Below, piece after piece: positions 9,436 to 22,718 of a stretch of 64,000 nucleotides of DNA. Origin of the DNA: Actinomycetes bacterium. GTDB taxonomy: Bacteria; Actinomycetota; Actinomycetes; Propionibacteriales; Propionibacteriaceae. The DNA is taken from positions 3,403 to 67,402 of the forward strand of contig JAJXWF010000001.1 of the NCBI GenBank assembly GCA_021781735.1. Direction: 5' to 3'. Positions within the stretch are counted from its first letter, which is position 1; every line of letters starts with the position of its first letter. A model generated the notes under the pieces. It saw only the letters and a list, made by a program, of their open reading frames with translations, had not been told where the DNA came from and did no database searches. The position numbers were made by a program, and so were the translations under genes.

Positions 9436-10032
9436 TCACGACCCGAGGTTGAACTCCTCACCGACGGTGGAATCGTCCTCGAGAGCATCGAGGATGAATC
9501 TGGAGACATCCGCCCGGGTGATCCGCGAAACGAAGTCGGGTCCACCAGTGGTGACCTGTCCGGACGCCGGCCCGTCGACCAGCCCACCCGGCCGCACGAT
9601 CGTGTAGCGCCGACCCGACCGGCGTACGAGGTCTTCCTGGTCGGCATGATCCGCGAGCGCTCCCCGGAGCACCGTGCGCGCGAACAGCCGCTCCGGGGCA
9701 CCCAGCAACTGTGCGGAGTCGCCGACGCCGAGCGCCGACTGCACCACCAGTCGCACGTCGCGGTTCTCGAGCGTGTCGAGCACGGCCCCCGTGACATTGG
9801 TGCGATTCCGGTCATCGTCGGAGTTGCCGCCGACGGTGATCACCACCGCGTCGCAGCCGTTGAGCGCCACACCCAGCACCCACGGGTCTGTCGCGCTTCC
9901 GGTCACATCAACCACCCCGGGCACGTCGCAGCCGTGGTGTGACACCGCGACCACCTTGTGCCCCCGGCCGAGCGCCTGCGCGACGACCTCTCGTCCGGTG
10001 CCTGAACTGGCGCCGATCACGGCAATTCTCAT
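9436..10032 (-). CDS. NAD(P)H-binding (NmrA/atypical SDR-like) protein
   Basis: MRIAVIGASSGTGREVVAQALGRGHKVVAV Rossmann motif. The ATG at 10032 is preceded by a GGAG ribosome-binding site. Confidence 0.8.
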   Translation of the reverse strand: MRIAVIGASSGTGREVVAQALGRGHKVVAVSHHGCDVPGVVDVTGSATDPWVLGVALNGCDAVVITVGGNSDDDRNRTNVTGAVLDTLENRDVRLVVQSALGVGDSAQLLGAPERLFARTVLRGALADHADQEDLVRRSGRRYTIVRPGGLVDGPASGQVTTGGPDFVSRITRADVSRFILDALEDDSTVGEEFNLGS

Positions 10033-10649
10033 GCTCCGCTCCACCCCCCCGATCGCTGCAATTGTGTCGCATCCGAAGCCATGTGTGGAGCGGAGAGCGA
10101 CGCGCCGTCCACATTGTCGCGCATACGCCGATCGCGAAATGGCACGCGGCTACTCCGGACCAAGAGTGCCAGACGCCCGGCGACTTCTCAATGGCGCTCC
10201 GCGGGGGGCGAGTCGCGACCGGGCCGCCGGGCGCGAGCAGCTCCCCGTCGGCGGCCTCACGCGTTCGCCGACGGGCGATGCGAGCAGGAGACGGACACCG
10301 AAGAGACCGCCCCCACAAGGGTTTATCGTCGCGGGTCCGGCTCCCGGGCACATCGACCTCACCGGTCCGGGCACCGAGGCACGTCCCGCCCCATCCGGCC
10401 TGTCGCGCCCCCGTCCGGCGGTTCGTCAACCGATCGATGGGGGCGAACAGTGCCGACGGAACGATCCATCACGCGGGCCGAGTTCCGCGGCCCCGGCATT
10501 CCCGGGCCGGGGCCATGACGCAGGGATGAATCCGTCGAATTAATATGACATGAGTGAGTCGGGAATAATCTGCGGAAGAATCGCGGGTCGCACCCTATTG
10601 GCCGGACATGCGACCCCGGCATCCGGCAACCCGGACCGGATCCCGGGGA

Positions 10650-11676
10650 ATCGGCCGCACCACGTCCCCGGCTCGCGCTGCGCCGCTTCGACCGTGGAGT
10701 GGCCGTGCGCACCGGCGCTGGACTCGACCGGCTCACCGATCCGACCTGGAATCCGTTCCGAGCGGGTGCCGTGGCCCGCCTGCTGGCCTCCGACAGGCAC
10801 GCATCCGCGGCCCTGGCGCGCTGGCTCGTCCCGGCCGTCCGCCGCTCTCATGGACCCGCCGGTGCCGGCGCCGACGTTGATCTCGACCGGTCGCTGGACG
10901 CCGCCGGCGTCCGCGGGGGCTGCGGGACACCCTGATGGAGCCGTTCCTCACCGCGGTCCTCGACGACCCCGGCGGCCCGACCTCCTCGGCGTTCGTTCAC
11001 CGGCTGCTGCACTGGTTCGCGCTCGGGACCCCCGCCCTGCCGGCTCAGGGGATGGCCGCCCTGCCCGAACTGCTCCGCGACTCGTGGCGCGCACCCGTGC
11101 GACTCGGCGTCCGGGTGACCAGGGTGGAGCGCACCGGGCGGACGTGGACCGCACACAACGACGCCGCCCCCGTGTCGGCCCGGGCGCTCGTCGTGGCCGC
11201 CGCCCCGGTGACCTCGGTCACCCTCGTCGGGGCCGAACCCCCGCGGATGCGCGGACTGTCCACCTGATGGTTCGCCCCCGAGGAGGCCCCCACCGATTCG
11301 GCTCTGCTGCATCTCGACGGGAACCGCGGTGGCCCCGTCGTGAACACCGCCGTCATCAGCAGCGTGCAGCCCGCCTATGCGCCGGCCGGACGCCACCTCG
11401 TGCAGGCGTCGACGCTCCTCGGAGCCGGCTCGCCCGACGAGTCCGCGGTGCGTCGGCACCTGGGCGTGATCCATGCCCCCGCCGGACCGGCCGGTGCTCG
11501 CCGTGCACGAGATCCGCGGGGCGCTCCCGACGATCGCGGCCGGTGGGTTCGAGCGACCGGTTCCCGCCGCGGAGGGTGTCGCGGTCGCCGGGGACGCCGG
11601 GGACGCCTCGATCCAGGGGGCCCTGGCGTCCGGGGTGAGTGCCGCGGAGTGGATCATCACCCGGTTGCGCGGCTGA
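10650..11676 (+). pseudogene. Decayed NAD(P)/FAD-dependent (amine-oxidase-type) oxidoreductase. The N-terminal dinucleotide-binding part is missing.
   Basis: Homologous segments sit in different frames: LALRRFDRGVAVRTGAGLDRLTDPTWNPF.. (frame of 10699); LMEPFLTAVLDDPGGPTSSAFVHRLLHWFALGTPALPAQGMAALPELL..VRVTRVERTG (10935 frame); an in-frame TGA at 11265-11267 where W is expected (ST*WFAPEE); ..GGPVVNTAVISSVQPAYAPAGRHLVQAS..; and another shift near 11465 before VLAVHEIRGALP..GVAVAGDAGDASIQGALASGVSAAEWI. No GxGxxG N-terminus was found upstream. Confidence 0.65.
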
Positions 11677-11693
11677 TCCACCGCCGCCCCGCC

Positions 11694-12047
11694 TCACCCC
11701 CAGCCGAGGTCGTGCAACCTCTTGTCGCTGATCCCGAAGTGGTGGGCGACTTCGTGCACGACCGTCACGGCGATCTGATGGACGAGTTCGTCGCGGTCGA
11801 CGCACATGCGCTGCAGGGGTCCCCGGTAGATGACGATGCGGTCGGGCCACAGGGGGCCGCCGCTCACCCGGCTGGTGAGTGGCACGCCCTCGTAGAGGCC
11901 GAGCAGATGGCGGTCGCGCCCGTCGGGTTCGTCCTCGACGACGATCACGACGTTGTCCATGGCCTCGAACAGGTTGTCGGGAATGGCGTCGAGGGCGTCG
12001 TTGACCGCGTCCTCGAATTCCGCACGACTGATCGCGGCCATGATCAA
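11694..12047 (-). CDS. Small zinc metallopeptidase-family protein (zincin-like, HExxH)
   Basis: 117 aa with VHEVAHHFG (HExxH) and a conserved IVIYRGPL segment. Confidence 0.8.
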   Translation of the reverse strand: MIMAAISRAEFEDAVNDALDAIPDNLFEAMDNVVIVVEDEPDGRDRHLLGLYEGVPLTSRVSGGPLWPDRIVIYRGPLQRMCVDRDELVHQIAVTVVHEVAHHFGISDKRLHDLGWG

Positions 12048-12061
12048 GGTTAGCCGGGACG

Positions 12062-12100
12062 CAGCGTGCGGCGGGCCCTCAGGAGGCCCGCCGCACGCTG
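12062..12100 (-). terminator. Perfect 16-bp stem hairpin downstream of clpC
   Basis: CAGCGTGCGGCGGGCC-ctcagga-GGCCCGCCGCACGCTG, 17 nt after the clpC stop. It has no U-tract (I-shaped type, common in actinobacteria). Confidence 0.5.
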
Positions 12101-12116
12101 GTGAGGATGGTCGGGG

Positions 12117-14630
<2,514 letters not shown>

Positions 14631-14789
14631 TGCTCTCCTCACTTCGGACCCGTGGTCCGGGGTATCCCGTCGCGTCCAGCGGCTCTGGCACTCGAGGAAT
14701 GGGTCAATCCTACTAACCGACCCGCCCCGCCACCTGTTCCGACGTTCGCCCCTGGCTCAACCCCCACGGCCCGCAGGAGTCCCCCGGAA

Positions 14790-14835
14790 CACTGGTGGCC
14801 CGCCGCACGCTCTCGCGTGCGGCGGGCCACCAGTG
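14790..14835 (-). terminator. Perfect 21-bp stem hairpin downstream of lsr2
   Basis: CACTGGTGGCCCGCCGCACGC-tctc-GCGTGCGGCGGGCCACCAGTG, 19 nt after the lsr2 stop. Confidence 0.55.
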
Positions 14836-14853
14836 TGACAACGGACGGGGCCC

Positions 14854-15168
14854 TCAGTGGGCGGCCTCGTAGGCGTCCTTGATCTCCTGCGACACCCGGC
14901 CGCGGGAACTCACCTTCATCCCCTGGGCGATGGCCCAGGCCCGCACGTCGTTGGCCGTCCCGGGGCGTGCCTTGCGTCCGGTCGCGCGACGGCCGCCGGT
15001 GCGCCGGGCGTGCGACACCCAGGGGGCCAACGACTCGCGGAGCCTGGCGGCATTCTGGGGATTGAGATCGATCTCGTAGGCGACGCCGTCGACGCTGAAG
15101 CTCAGCGTCTCGCTCGCCACCGAACCATCAAGGTCATCTTCCATGACGATCTGGGTACGCTTGGCCAT
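14854..15168 (-). CDS. lsr2: Nucleoid-associated protein Lsr2
   Basis: MAKRTQIVMEDDLDGSVASETLSFSVDGVAYEIDLN (dimerisation domain), a basic linker, and the C-terminal AT-hook-like SSRGRVS DNA-binding motif. It is adjacent to clpC as in mycobacteria. Confidence 0.9.
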   Translation of the reverse strand: MAKRTQIVMEDDLDGSVASETLSFSVDGVAYEIDLNPQNAARLRESLAPWVSHARRTGGRRATGRKARPGTANDVRAWAIAQGMKVSSRGRVSQEIKDAYEAAH

Positions 15169-15330
15169 ATTAATTTGCCTTTCAAAAAGCTACGGGGGGA
15201 GTTGGTTGCTCAAACCCTATTCACGCCTCAGGATGGGCCCGGGAGTTGATGAAGTTGGACGAACGAGCAACTGAGACAATTCTAAACACTGTTCGGCCCA
15301 GAAATCCAAATTCCCAGCTATCGGGCACAA
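15169..15330. promoter_or_regulatory. AT-rich lsr2 upstream region (promoter and possible Lsr2 autoregulatory target)
   Basis: Locally AT-rich stretches (attaatttgcctttcaaaaagc, gacaattctaaacactg, gaaatccaaattccc) in otherwise very GC-rich DNA, directly 5' of lsr2. Confidence 0.4.
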
Positions 15331-15414
15331 CGTTCATCCCCCCCAAGGGGTGCATTACCTCCGGCCGACGCCGCGCGGATGCACGGCGGCGCATGATGGT
15401 GCAGTCTGGAAACC

Positions 15415-16521
15415 GTGACCCGCGACACCCTTGCCATCGGATCGCTCGGGCAATTGCTCGACCGCCACTGGATCAGTCTCGACCTCGGACCCGAGCATCC
15501 CACCCGAGCCGGGCTGCTACTGATCGACGTCGATCACACCGACGGAATCATCCGATCCGTGCGAGTGCAGCCGGGACACTCGCATCGGGCGGCCGAGAAG
15601 TTGTTCGAGGTCCGAGACATTCGGCAGGTGTTGAGCCTGGCGGACCGGCACGACTGGACCGCCGCCGTGCACGGCGAACTGCTGACCGCCCGGGCAGCCG
15701 AACACCTGCTCGGACTTCCGGTGCCCTCCCGGGCGGACTGGGCGCGTTCGATGCTCGCCGAGCACGCGAGGATCGCCAGCCACCTGGCCCACCTCAGCTT
15801 CGTACCGTTCCGCCTCGGCAGGCACGATCTGTCGGCCCGGATCCGCCTCGCGCGAGAAGACGCGCGCGACCTGCTCGTGGAACTCACCGGCAACCGCGTG
15901 CACCCCATGGTGATCCGGTTGGGCGGGTTCGCGGCCGATCCGACACCCGCGTGGGTCGGGCGCCTGCTCGACTGGGCAGCGCGCACCCGGCCGGTGGCCG
16001 GAGAACTCCTCGCGGCGCTCGCGGGTGAGGCGTTCACCTCGATCGCCGGCGGTGTGGGCATTCTCGGTCCCTACGACGTCGATGCCTATGGCCTGGCCGG
16101 CCCGATCTCGCGGGCCAGTGGGTGCCACCGCACACCCACCGATTCGGACGGACCGGTGCTGCATGCCGGGGACGCCCAGGCCCGTTTCGTGATGCTCGCG
16201 CTCGAGATCGAGGAGTCCATCGCCCGTCTCGACGGGCTCGGCGCCGAGCCCGTCGAGACGGGCGGACCGATCGACACGAAGCTGTCGAAGATCATCAAGC
16301 TGCCCGATGGCGAGGTGTTCATCGACCAGGCCGCGCCCATGGGAACGGCAGGCGTCCACCTCACGTCGCGGGGCGGCACGTCACCGTGGAGGCTGCGGCT
16401 CCGCACACCGAGCTTCGCGAATGTCCAAGCGCTGCATGCGGCCCTTCCGGGCACTCCCCTGCACCTGGCGGACGTCGTCGTCGCGTCGCTCGGCTACACG
16501 ATCGGCGACCTCGACAAGTAG
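15415..16521 (+). CDS. Orphan NuoD / complex-I 49-kDa (NiFe-hydrogenase large subunit)-like protein
   Basis: 368 aa: LDLGPEHPTRAGLLL..PGHSHRAAEK..DRHDW..RIASHLAHLS..GNRVHPMVIRLGGF..AGPISRASG..PWRLRLRTPSFANVQAL..LGYTIGDLDK is colinear with NuoD motifs. No other nuo genes are nearby. Confidence 0.8.
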   Translation: MTRDTLAIGSLGQLLDRHWISLDLGPEHPTRAGLLLIDVDHTDGIIRSVRVQPGHSHRAAEKLFEVRDIRQVLSLADRHDWTAAVHGELLTARAAEHLLGLPVPSRADWARSMLAEHARIASHLAHLSFVPFRLGRHDLSARIRLAREDARDLLVELTGNRVHPMVIRLGGFAADPTPAWVGRLLDWAARTRPVAGELLAALAGEAFTSIAGGVGILGPYDVDAYGLAGPISRASGCHRTPTDSDGPVLHAGDAQARFVMLALEIEESIARLDGLGAEPVETGGPIDTKLSKIIKLPDGEVFIDQAAPMGTAGVHLTSRGGTSPWRLRLRTPSFANVQALHAALPGTPLHLADVVVASLGYTIGDLDK

Positions 16522-16538
16522 CGGCCGGCGCCGGCGGG

Positions 16539-17165
16539 TCAGTGGCCTGCGGCCTGGTCGAGGTGGTCGAACTCGGCGTCGTCGGATGCGGGCAGCGACA
16601 CGGCGCCACGGGACGTGATCTGCAGACGTCGCGGCAGGACGAGGATGTCTGCCTCCGGGGAGGCGAGCACCTCCTGCAACTCGACCTCGAACAGAGCGAT
16701 CCGCTCCTCGAGATCGACGATCCGCCGACGCATCTCGGCCGCATTACCGAGCAGGGTCGCCTGAGTGGAAGTGAGGGTGGCGATCCGGGAGTCGCGCTGC
16801 TCGAGCTGCGCGAGCGCCTCGTCGCGTTCGGCGGTGAGCGTATCGATCGTGGCCCGCAGCGCCGAGACCCTCGCGGTGAAGCGCACGATCGTCCCCATCG
16901 ACTCGTGGTGGTGCCGACGCTCGGACTCGACGGCCTCCTGGACCGCCCGGTGGGCCTGTGCCGCCGAGTGCTCACGCTCGGCGACGAGCACCGCATGAGC
17001 GCGCCACAGCGCCAGGCCACCCGCGGCGGCCACCACCAGCACGCCGGCGCGAATCCACCACGGGCCACCGACACTCAGGCCTGCCGCGGCCAGGGTACCC
17101 ACGACGAGGATCACCACGCCGATGAGGATGTCCGACCGACCGCTCTGCGCATGCTTACGTTCCAC
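16539..17165 (-). CDS. Two-TM membrane protein with a long coiled-coil domain (hypothetical)
   Basis: 208 aa. Hydrophobic segments ILIGVVILVVGTLAAAGL and AGVLVVAAAGGLALW are followed by heptad-like, charged and Ala/Leu-rich sequence (ALRATIDTLTAERDEALAQLEQRDSRIATL..RRRIVDLEERIALFEVELQEVL). Confidence 0.6.
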   Translation of the reverse strand: MERKHAQSGRSDILIGVVILVVGTLAAAGLSVGGPWWIRAGVLVVAAAGGLALWRAHAVLVAEREHSAAQAHRAVQEAVESERRHHHESMGTIVRFTARVSALRATIDTLTAERDEALAQLEQRDSRIATLTSTQATLLGNAAEMRRRIVDLEERIALFEVELQEVLASPEADILVLPRRLQITSRGAVSLPASDDAEFDHLDQAAGH

Positions 17166-17240
17166 GGGAGAAGTTTAGGCGCCGATCCCCGCGGATCATG
17201 CATCGACATGCCCTCGGCGAGCCATTTCCCGGCCGAGCGT

Positions 17241-17759
17241 TCAGGAATCCTCGGCGGATTCGCCGTCGTCGCCAGGAGGAACGATGCAGGCCCGCTCGAG
17301 GAGCCATCCCGCGACGGCGAACAGCGCGGACGTGACAATCGTCAGCGCCCCATGGATGACCCGTTGCTGCGGGGCCGGCACGCCGACCCGGGCGACGTAC
17401 TTGAGCACATAGGAGACATGCCAGCCGACCAGCACCGCCCCGCCGAGAACCATCACCTTGCCCAGAACGAGCGCCCGCACGCCCTCCTCGGGTGTGATGC
17501 TGCCGCGCTGGTCGCGGAGCCGACGGGCGAGGTTCCGGGAGTAGAACCACCCGCCCACCGCCAGGGTCGCCAGCATGCCCGACAACGACCACGGCGTGAT
17601 GGGCACGGTGGAGCCGGCCAGTTGGATCACCGACACGACGACATAGCCGGCCACCACACCCACGAGGCCGCCGGCGAGCACGACCCGCCAGGAACTCGGG
17701 CGCAGACGCGGTTCCGGCGGCGGCCCGCCGGACGGTGGAAACGACCGACGGGATGTCAC
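17241..17759 (-). CDS. DUF3180-like membrane protein (conserved last gene of the actinobacterial folate operon)
   Basis: 172 aa with 4 hydrophobic helices. Its GTG start overlaps the folK stop (GTGA at 17756-17759). Confidence 0.7.
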   Translation of the reverse strand: MTSRRSFPPSGGPPPEPRLRPSSWRVVLAGGLVGVVAGYVVVSVIQLAGSTVPITPWSLSGMLATLAVGGWFYSRNLARRLRDQRGSITPEEGVRALVLGKVMVLGGAVLVGWHVSYVLKYVARVGVPAPQQRVIHGALTIVTSALFAVAGWLLERACIVPPGDDGESAEDS

Positions 17760-18688
17760 AGGGTGCCGTCCGTGTCGATCCGCCAGGCGGTCGGGTGCAC
17801 CCCCTCGCGCCCCACCCGGGTCGCGAGCTCCTGGACGGTCCCCTCACCAGGGATCTCGGCCTCCGGCTCGACGTCGAGCCAGGGGATGAGGACGAAGCCA
17901 CGCTCGCGGGCACGAGGGTGCGGGAGCGTGAGGTCGGGCTCGTCGAGCCTCACGTCGGCGAAGCTCACGATGTCGATGTCGAGGGTGCGGGGACCGTGGA
18001 CGGTCTCCCGCTGCCGCTCATGATCGCGCTCGATGTCGTGGCAGGTGGACAGGAGGGCCTGCGGCGAGAGTTCCGTGTCGATCAGCACCACGATGTTGAG
18101 GAAATCGGGCTGGTAGCGGACTCCGACCGGATCGGTGCGGTAGACCGACGAGACCCCGACCACTTCGACGCCGAACGCGCGGCGCAGTTGCGCCACCCCA
18201 CCGGTGAGATGCCCCAGCGGATCGTCGAGGTTCGATCCCAGCGACAGCACCGCGCGGTTACGCGGACGCCTGCGCTCGATGTCGACGGTGACGTCGGTGA
18301 ACGCAACGGGGATGGGCGCGTGCGGCTTGTGCACCCGCACGCTCACCCGCTGCACCATGGGCCGGGCCAGGCAGGTCGCGGCGATCCGCTCGGCGAGGGT
18401 CTCGATGAGGTTGACGGGTTCACCCTCGACGTCGGCGACAATGGCGACCGCCAGTTCCGAGTAGTCGACGGTACTGCGCAGGGAGTCGGCCCGGTCGCGC
18501 CGCAGCACGCCGCAGGTGACGTCGACGACGAACGACTGACCGTCGTGCCGTTCGTCGGGCAACAGGCCGTGATGACCGGTGGCGGCGATCCCCGTCACCG
18601 AGATCCGGTCGAGCGCGTGGGCGCCCCGGTCTGCGGAGGGCGGGAGCGGCGCGGGCTGGTCGACGGGAACGGCTGAGCTCATGGTCAT
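17756..18688 (-). CDS. Fused dihydroneopterin aldolase / 6-hydroxymethyl-dihydropterin pyrophosphokinase (FolB-FolK)
   Basis: The N-terminal half ISVTGIAATGHHGLLPDERHDGQSFVVDV is FolB-like. The C-terminal half AVLSLGSNLDDPLGHL..RTLDIDIV..LPHPRARERGFVLIPW is FolK-like. There is no stop between the halves, and the ATG overlaps the folP stop (ATGA). Confidence 0.85.
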   Translation of the reverse strand: MTMSSAVPVDQPAPLPPSADRGAHALDRISVTGIAATGHHGLLPDERHDGQSFVVDVTCGVLRRDRADSLRSTVDYSELAVAIVADVEGEPVNLIETLAERIAATCLARPMVQRVSVRVHKPHAPIPVAFTDVTVDIERRRPRNRAVLSLGSNLDDPLGHLTGGVAQLRRAFGVEVVGVSSVYRTDPVGVRYQPDFLNIVVLIDTELSPQALLSTCHDIERDHERQRETVHGPRTLDIDIVSFADVRLDEPDLTLPHPRARERGFVLIPWLDVEPEAEIPGEGTVQELATRVGREGVHPTAWRIDTDGTL

Positions 18689-19494
18689 CTCCTGGAGCGG
18701 GCCAGCCGGTCGGCCACCGCGATGGCGTCCCGATGCTGGCGCACGGTATGGGTACGAACCGCCCACACGCCCTGTTGCGCGCAGACGACACTGATCGCCG
18801 CGGTGGCGTCGTCACGGCCGCTGGGCTCACGTCCACCGAGGAGCGCGCCGAGGAACCGCTTACGCGAGACGCCGACCAGCAGCCGCTGCCCCATCGTGAC
18901 GAACCGGTCGAGGTCGGCCAGCAGTTGCCAATTCTCGTCGGCGTCCTTCGAGAAGCCGATACCCGGGTCGAGGATCAGTCGTTCCGGGGAGATCCCGGCT
19001 GCAAGACAGGCGTCCCGTCGGGCGCCCAGTTCATCGAACACGTCGGTGGTGACGTGTGTGTAGGTCGCGTCGGTATTGCTGTCGCCGAGGAACCCGCGCC
19101 AGTGCATGCACACGTAGTCGACATCGAGTGAGGCAACGGTGTCGAGCATCGCCGGATCGGCGAGCCCACCGCTCACGTCGTTGATCATCGTGGCACCCGC
19201 CTCGACCGTGGCGCGGGCCACCTCGGCGCGCATCGTGTCGACCGAGACGGGGACGCCGGCCGCGGCACCGCCGGTGACCAGGGCGGAGACGACCGGCAGC
19301 ACCCGCCGGAGTTCCTCGTCGGTGTCGGGACGCACCGCGCCGGGCCGCGTGCTCTCACCGCCGATGTCGAGGATCTGGGCGCCCTCGGCGATGAGGTCTC
19401 GGGCATGCGCCACGGCCGGGTCGGGATGGAACCAGCGTCCGCCGTCACTGAACGAGTCGGGCGTCACGTTGACCACAGCCATCACCAGGGTCAT
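18685..19494 (-). CDS. folP: Dihydropteroate synthase
   Basis: [39 protein letters not shown]. The start is set at ATG 19494, which overlaps the folE stop (ATGA); the upstream part of the ORF-track entry is a shadow. Confidence 0.9.
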   Translation of the reverse strand: MTLVMAVVNVTPDSFSDGGRWFHPDPAVAHARDLIAEGAQILDIGGESTRPGAVRPDTDEELRRVLPVVSALVTGGAAAGVPVSVDTMRAEVARATVEAGATMINDVSGGLADPAMLDTVASLDVDYVCMHWRGFLGDSNTDATYTHVTTDVFDELGARRDACLAAGISPERLILDPGIGFSKDADENWQLLADLDRFVTMGQRLLVGVSRKRFLGALLGGREPSGRDDATAAISVVCAQQGVWAVRTHTVRQHRDAIAVADRLARSRR

Positions 19495-20060
19495 CGACCG
19501 CTCCTGATGAGGCTCATGGCCTCCGCCCGGGTGGCCGGATGGCGCATCAGCCCCCGGACGGCGCTGGTGACCGTGCGGGACCCGGCCTTGCGGACGCCAC
19601 GCATCGACATGCACAGGTGTTCGCAGTCGAGGACCACGATGACGCCCCTGGCATCGAGATGGTCGACCAGGGAGTCGGCGATCTGGGTCGTGAGTCGCTC
19701 CTGCACCTGGGGACGCCGCGCGTAGATGTCGACCAGCCGGGCGAGCTTCGACAGGCCGGTGACCCGGCCGTCCTTCGCGGGGATGTAGCCGATGTGGGCG
19801 GATCCGGTGAACGGGAGGAGGTGGTGCTCGCACATGCTCCACACCTCGATGTCCTTGACGATCACCATCTCGTCGTGGGCGAGGTCGAACGTCGTCGACA
19901 GGAGCGTCGCAGCGTCCTGGTCGAGACCGGCGAACACTTCCGTGAAAGAGCGGGCCACCCGCTGGGGCGTATCAGCCAGTCCGTCGCGGTCGGGATCCTC
20001 CCCGATCGCGATGAGCAGTTCACGCACCGCGGCGGCAACACGTGCCTGGTCGACCGCCAT
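19491..20060 (-). CDS. folE: GTP cyclohydrolase I
   Basis: [34 protein letters not shown] motifs; 189 aa. Confidence 0.9.
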   Translation of the reverse strand: MAVDQARVAAAVRELLIAIGEDPDRDGLADTPQRVARSFTEVFAGLDQDAATLLSTTFDLAHDEMVIVKDIEVWSMCEHHLLPFTGSAHIGYIPAKDGRVTGLSKLARLVDIYARRPQVQERLTTQIADSLVDHLDARGVIVVLDCEHLCMSMRGVRKAGSRTVTSAVRGLMRHPATRAEAMSLIRSGR

Positions 20061-20066
20061 CGGACC

Positions 20067-22193
<2,127 letters not shown>

Positions 22194-22300
22194 TCGTTTC
22201 CGATCATCGCTCGACAGCATCCGCAGGCAGCGGTGCAAGGCACAGTGAGTTTACCCGAGTTGGCTTTGACACCCCGAGGATCCGCTCACGGCGAAGCGGC

Positions 22301-22708
22301 TCAGGCTGCCAGCGCGCCGAGCACGGCGAGAAGGTAGGCCCGCTCGGCGTCGACATGGACATGGCGGCTCCCATCGCTGAGGACGACCGCGAACCCGCCC
22401 ACCGGGCCCGGGAGTGCCTCGAGCCGGCCGAACCGGACGCCGAGAAGTTCCCGCAGCTGGTCCTCGCGGGGCAGCCACAGCACCTCGGCCGCGGCAATGC
22501 TGTCGAGGGCCCACTCGGTGGTGCCGTTGAACTTCATGATCGCCCCGCCGGTGGCCTGTTCGATGTCGATGGTCATCTCGGAAACCACGAACACCTGGTC
22601 GTCGAGATCGCGATCGGGTACGGCGAACCGGTCCCCGGAGCGGGGTTGCCAGCTGCGGCCGGCGGCGTCCATCGCGGCCTTCAGGCGTCGTGCGTCGGCA
22701 ATGTCCAT
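22301..22708 (-). CDS. Hypothetical protein (about 135 aa)
   Basis: ATG at 22708 gives MDIADARRLKAAMDAAGRSW..; the composition is coding-like. It lies between hpt and ftsH. I recognise no motif. Confidence 0.5.
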   Translation of the reverse strand: MDIADARRLKAAMDAAGRSWQPRSGDRFAVPDRDLDDQVFVVSEMTIDIEQATGGAIMKFNGTTEWALDSIAAAEVLWLPREDQLRELLGVRFGRLEALPGPVGGFAVVLSDGSRHVHVDAERAYLLAVLGALAA

Positions 22709-22718
22709 GGCCAGGTGC

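Noticed and set aside
11265-11267. The in-frame TGA in the oxidoreductase gene as a selenocysteine or programmed read-through codon.
   Set aside because: The codon replaces a conserved Trp (TGG to TGA). The same gene also carries frameshifts and lacks its N-terminus, and no SECIS-like hairpin is evident. Pseudogenisation is the simpler explanation.
14744-14757. gttcgcccctggct upstream of clpC as a ClgR operator (GTTCGC-N5-GCG type).
   Set aside because: Only one half-site matches, and I cannot verify the consensus or spacing without a genome-wide motif model. It is too weak to report as a feature.
15415-16521. Calling the NuoD-like ORF a subunit of a respiratory nuo operon.
   Set aside because: No other nuo genes flank it and the key quinone-site residues appear substituted. 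It is reported as an orphan paralog.
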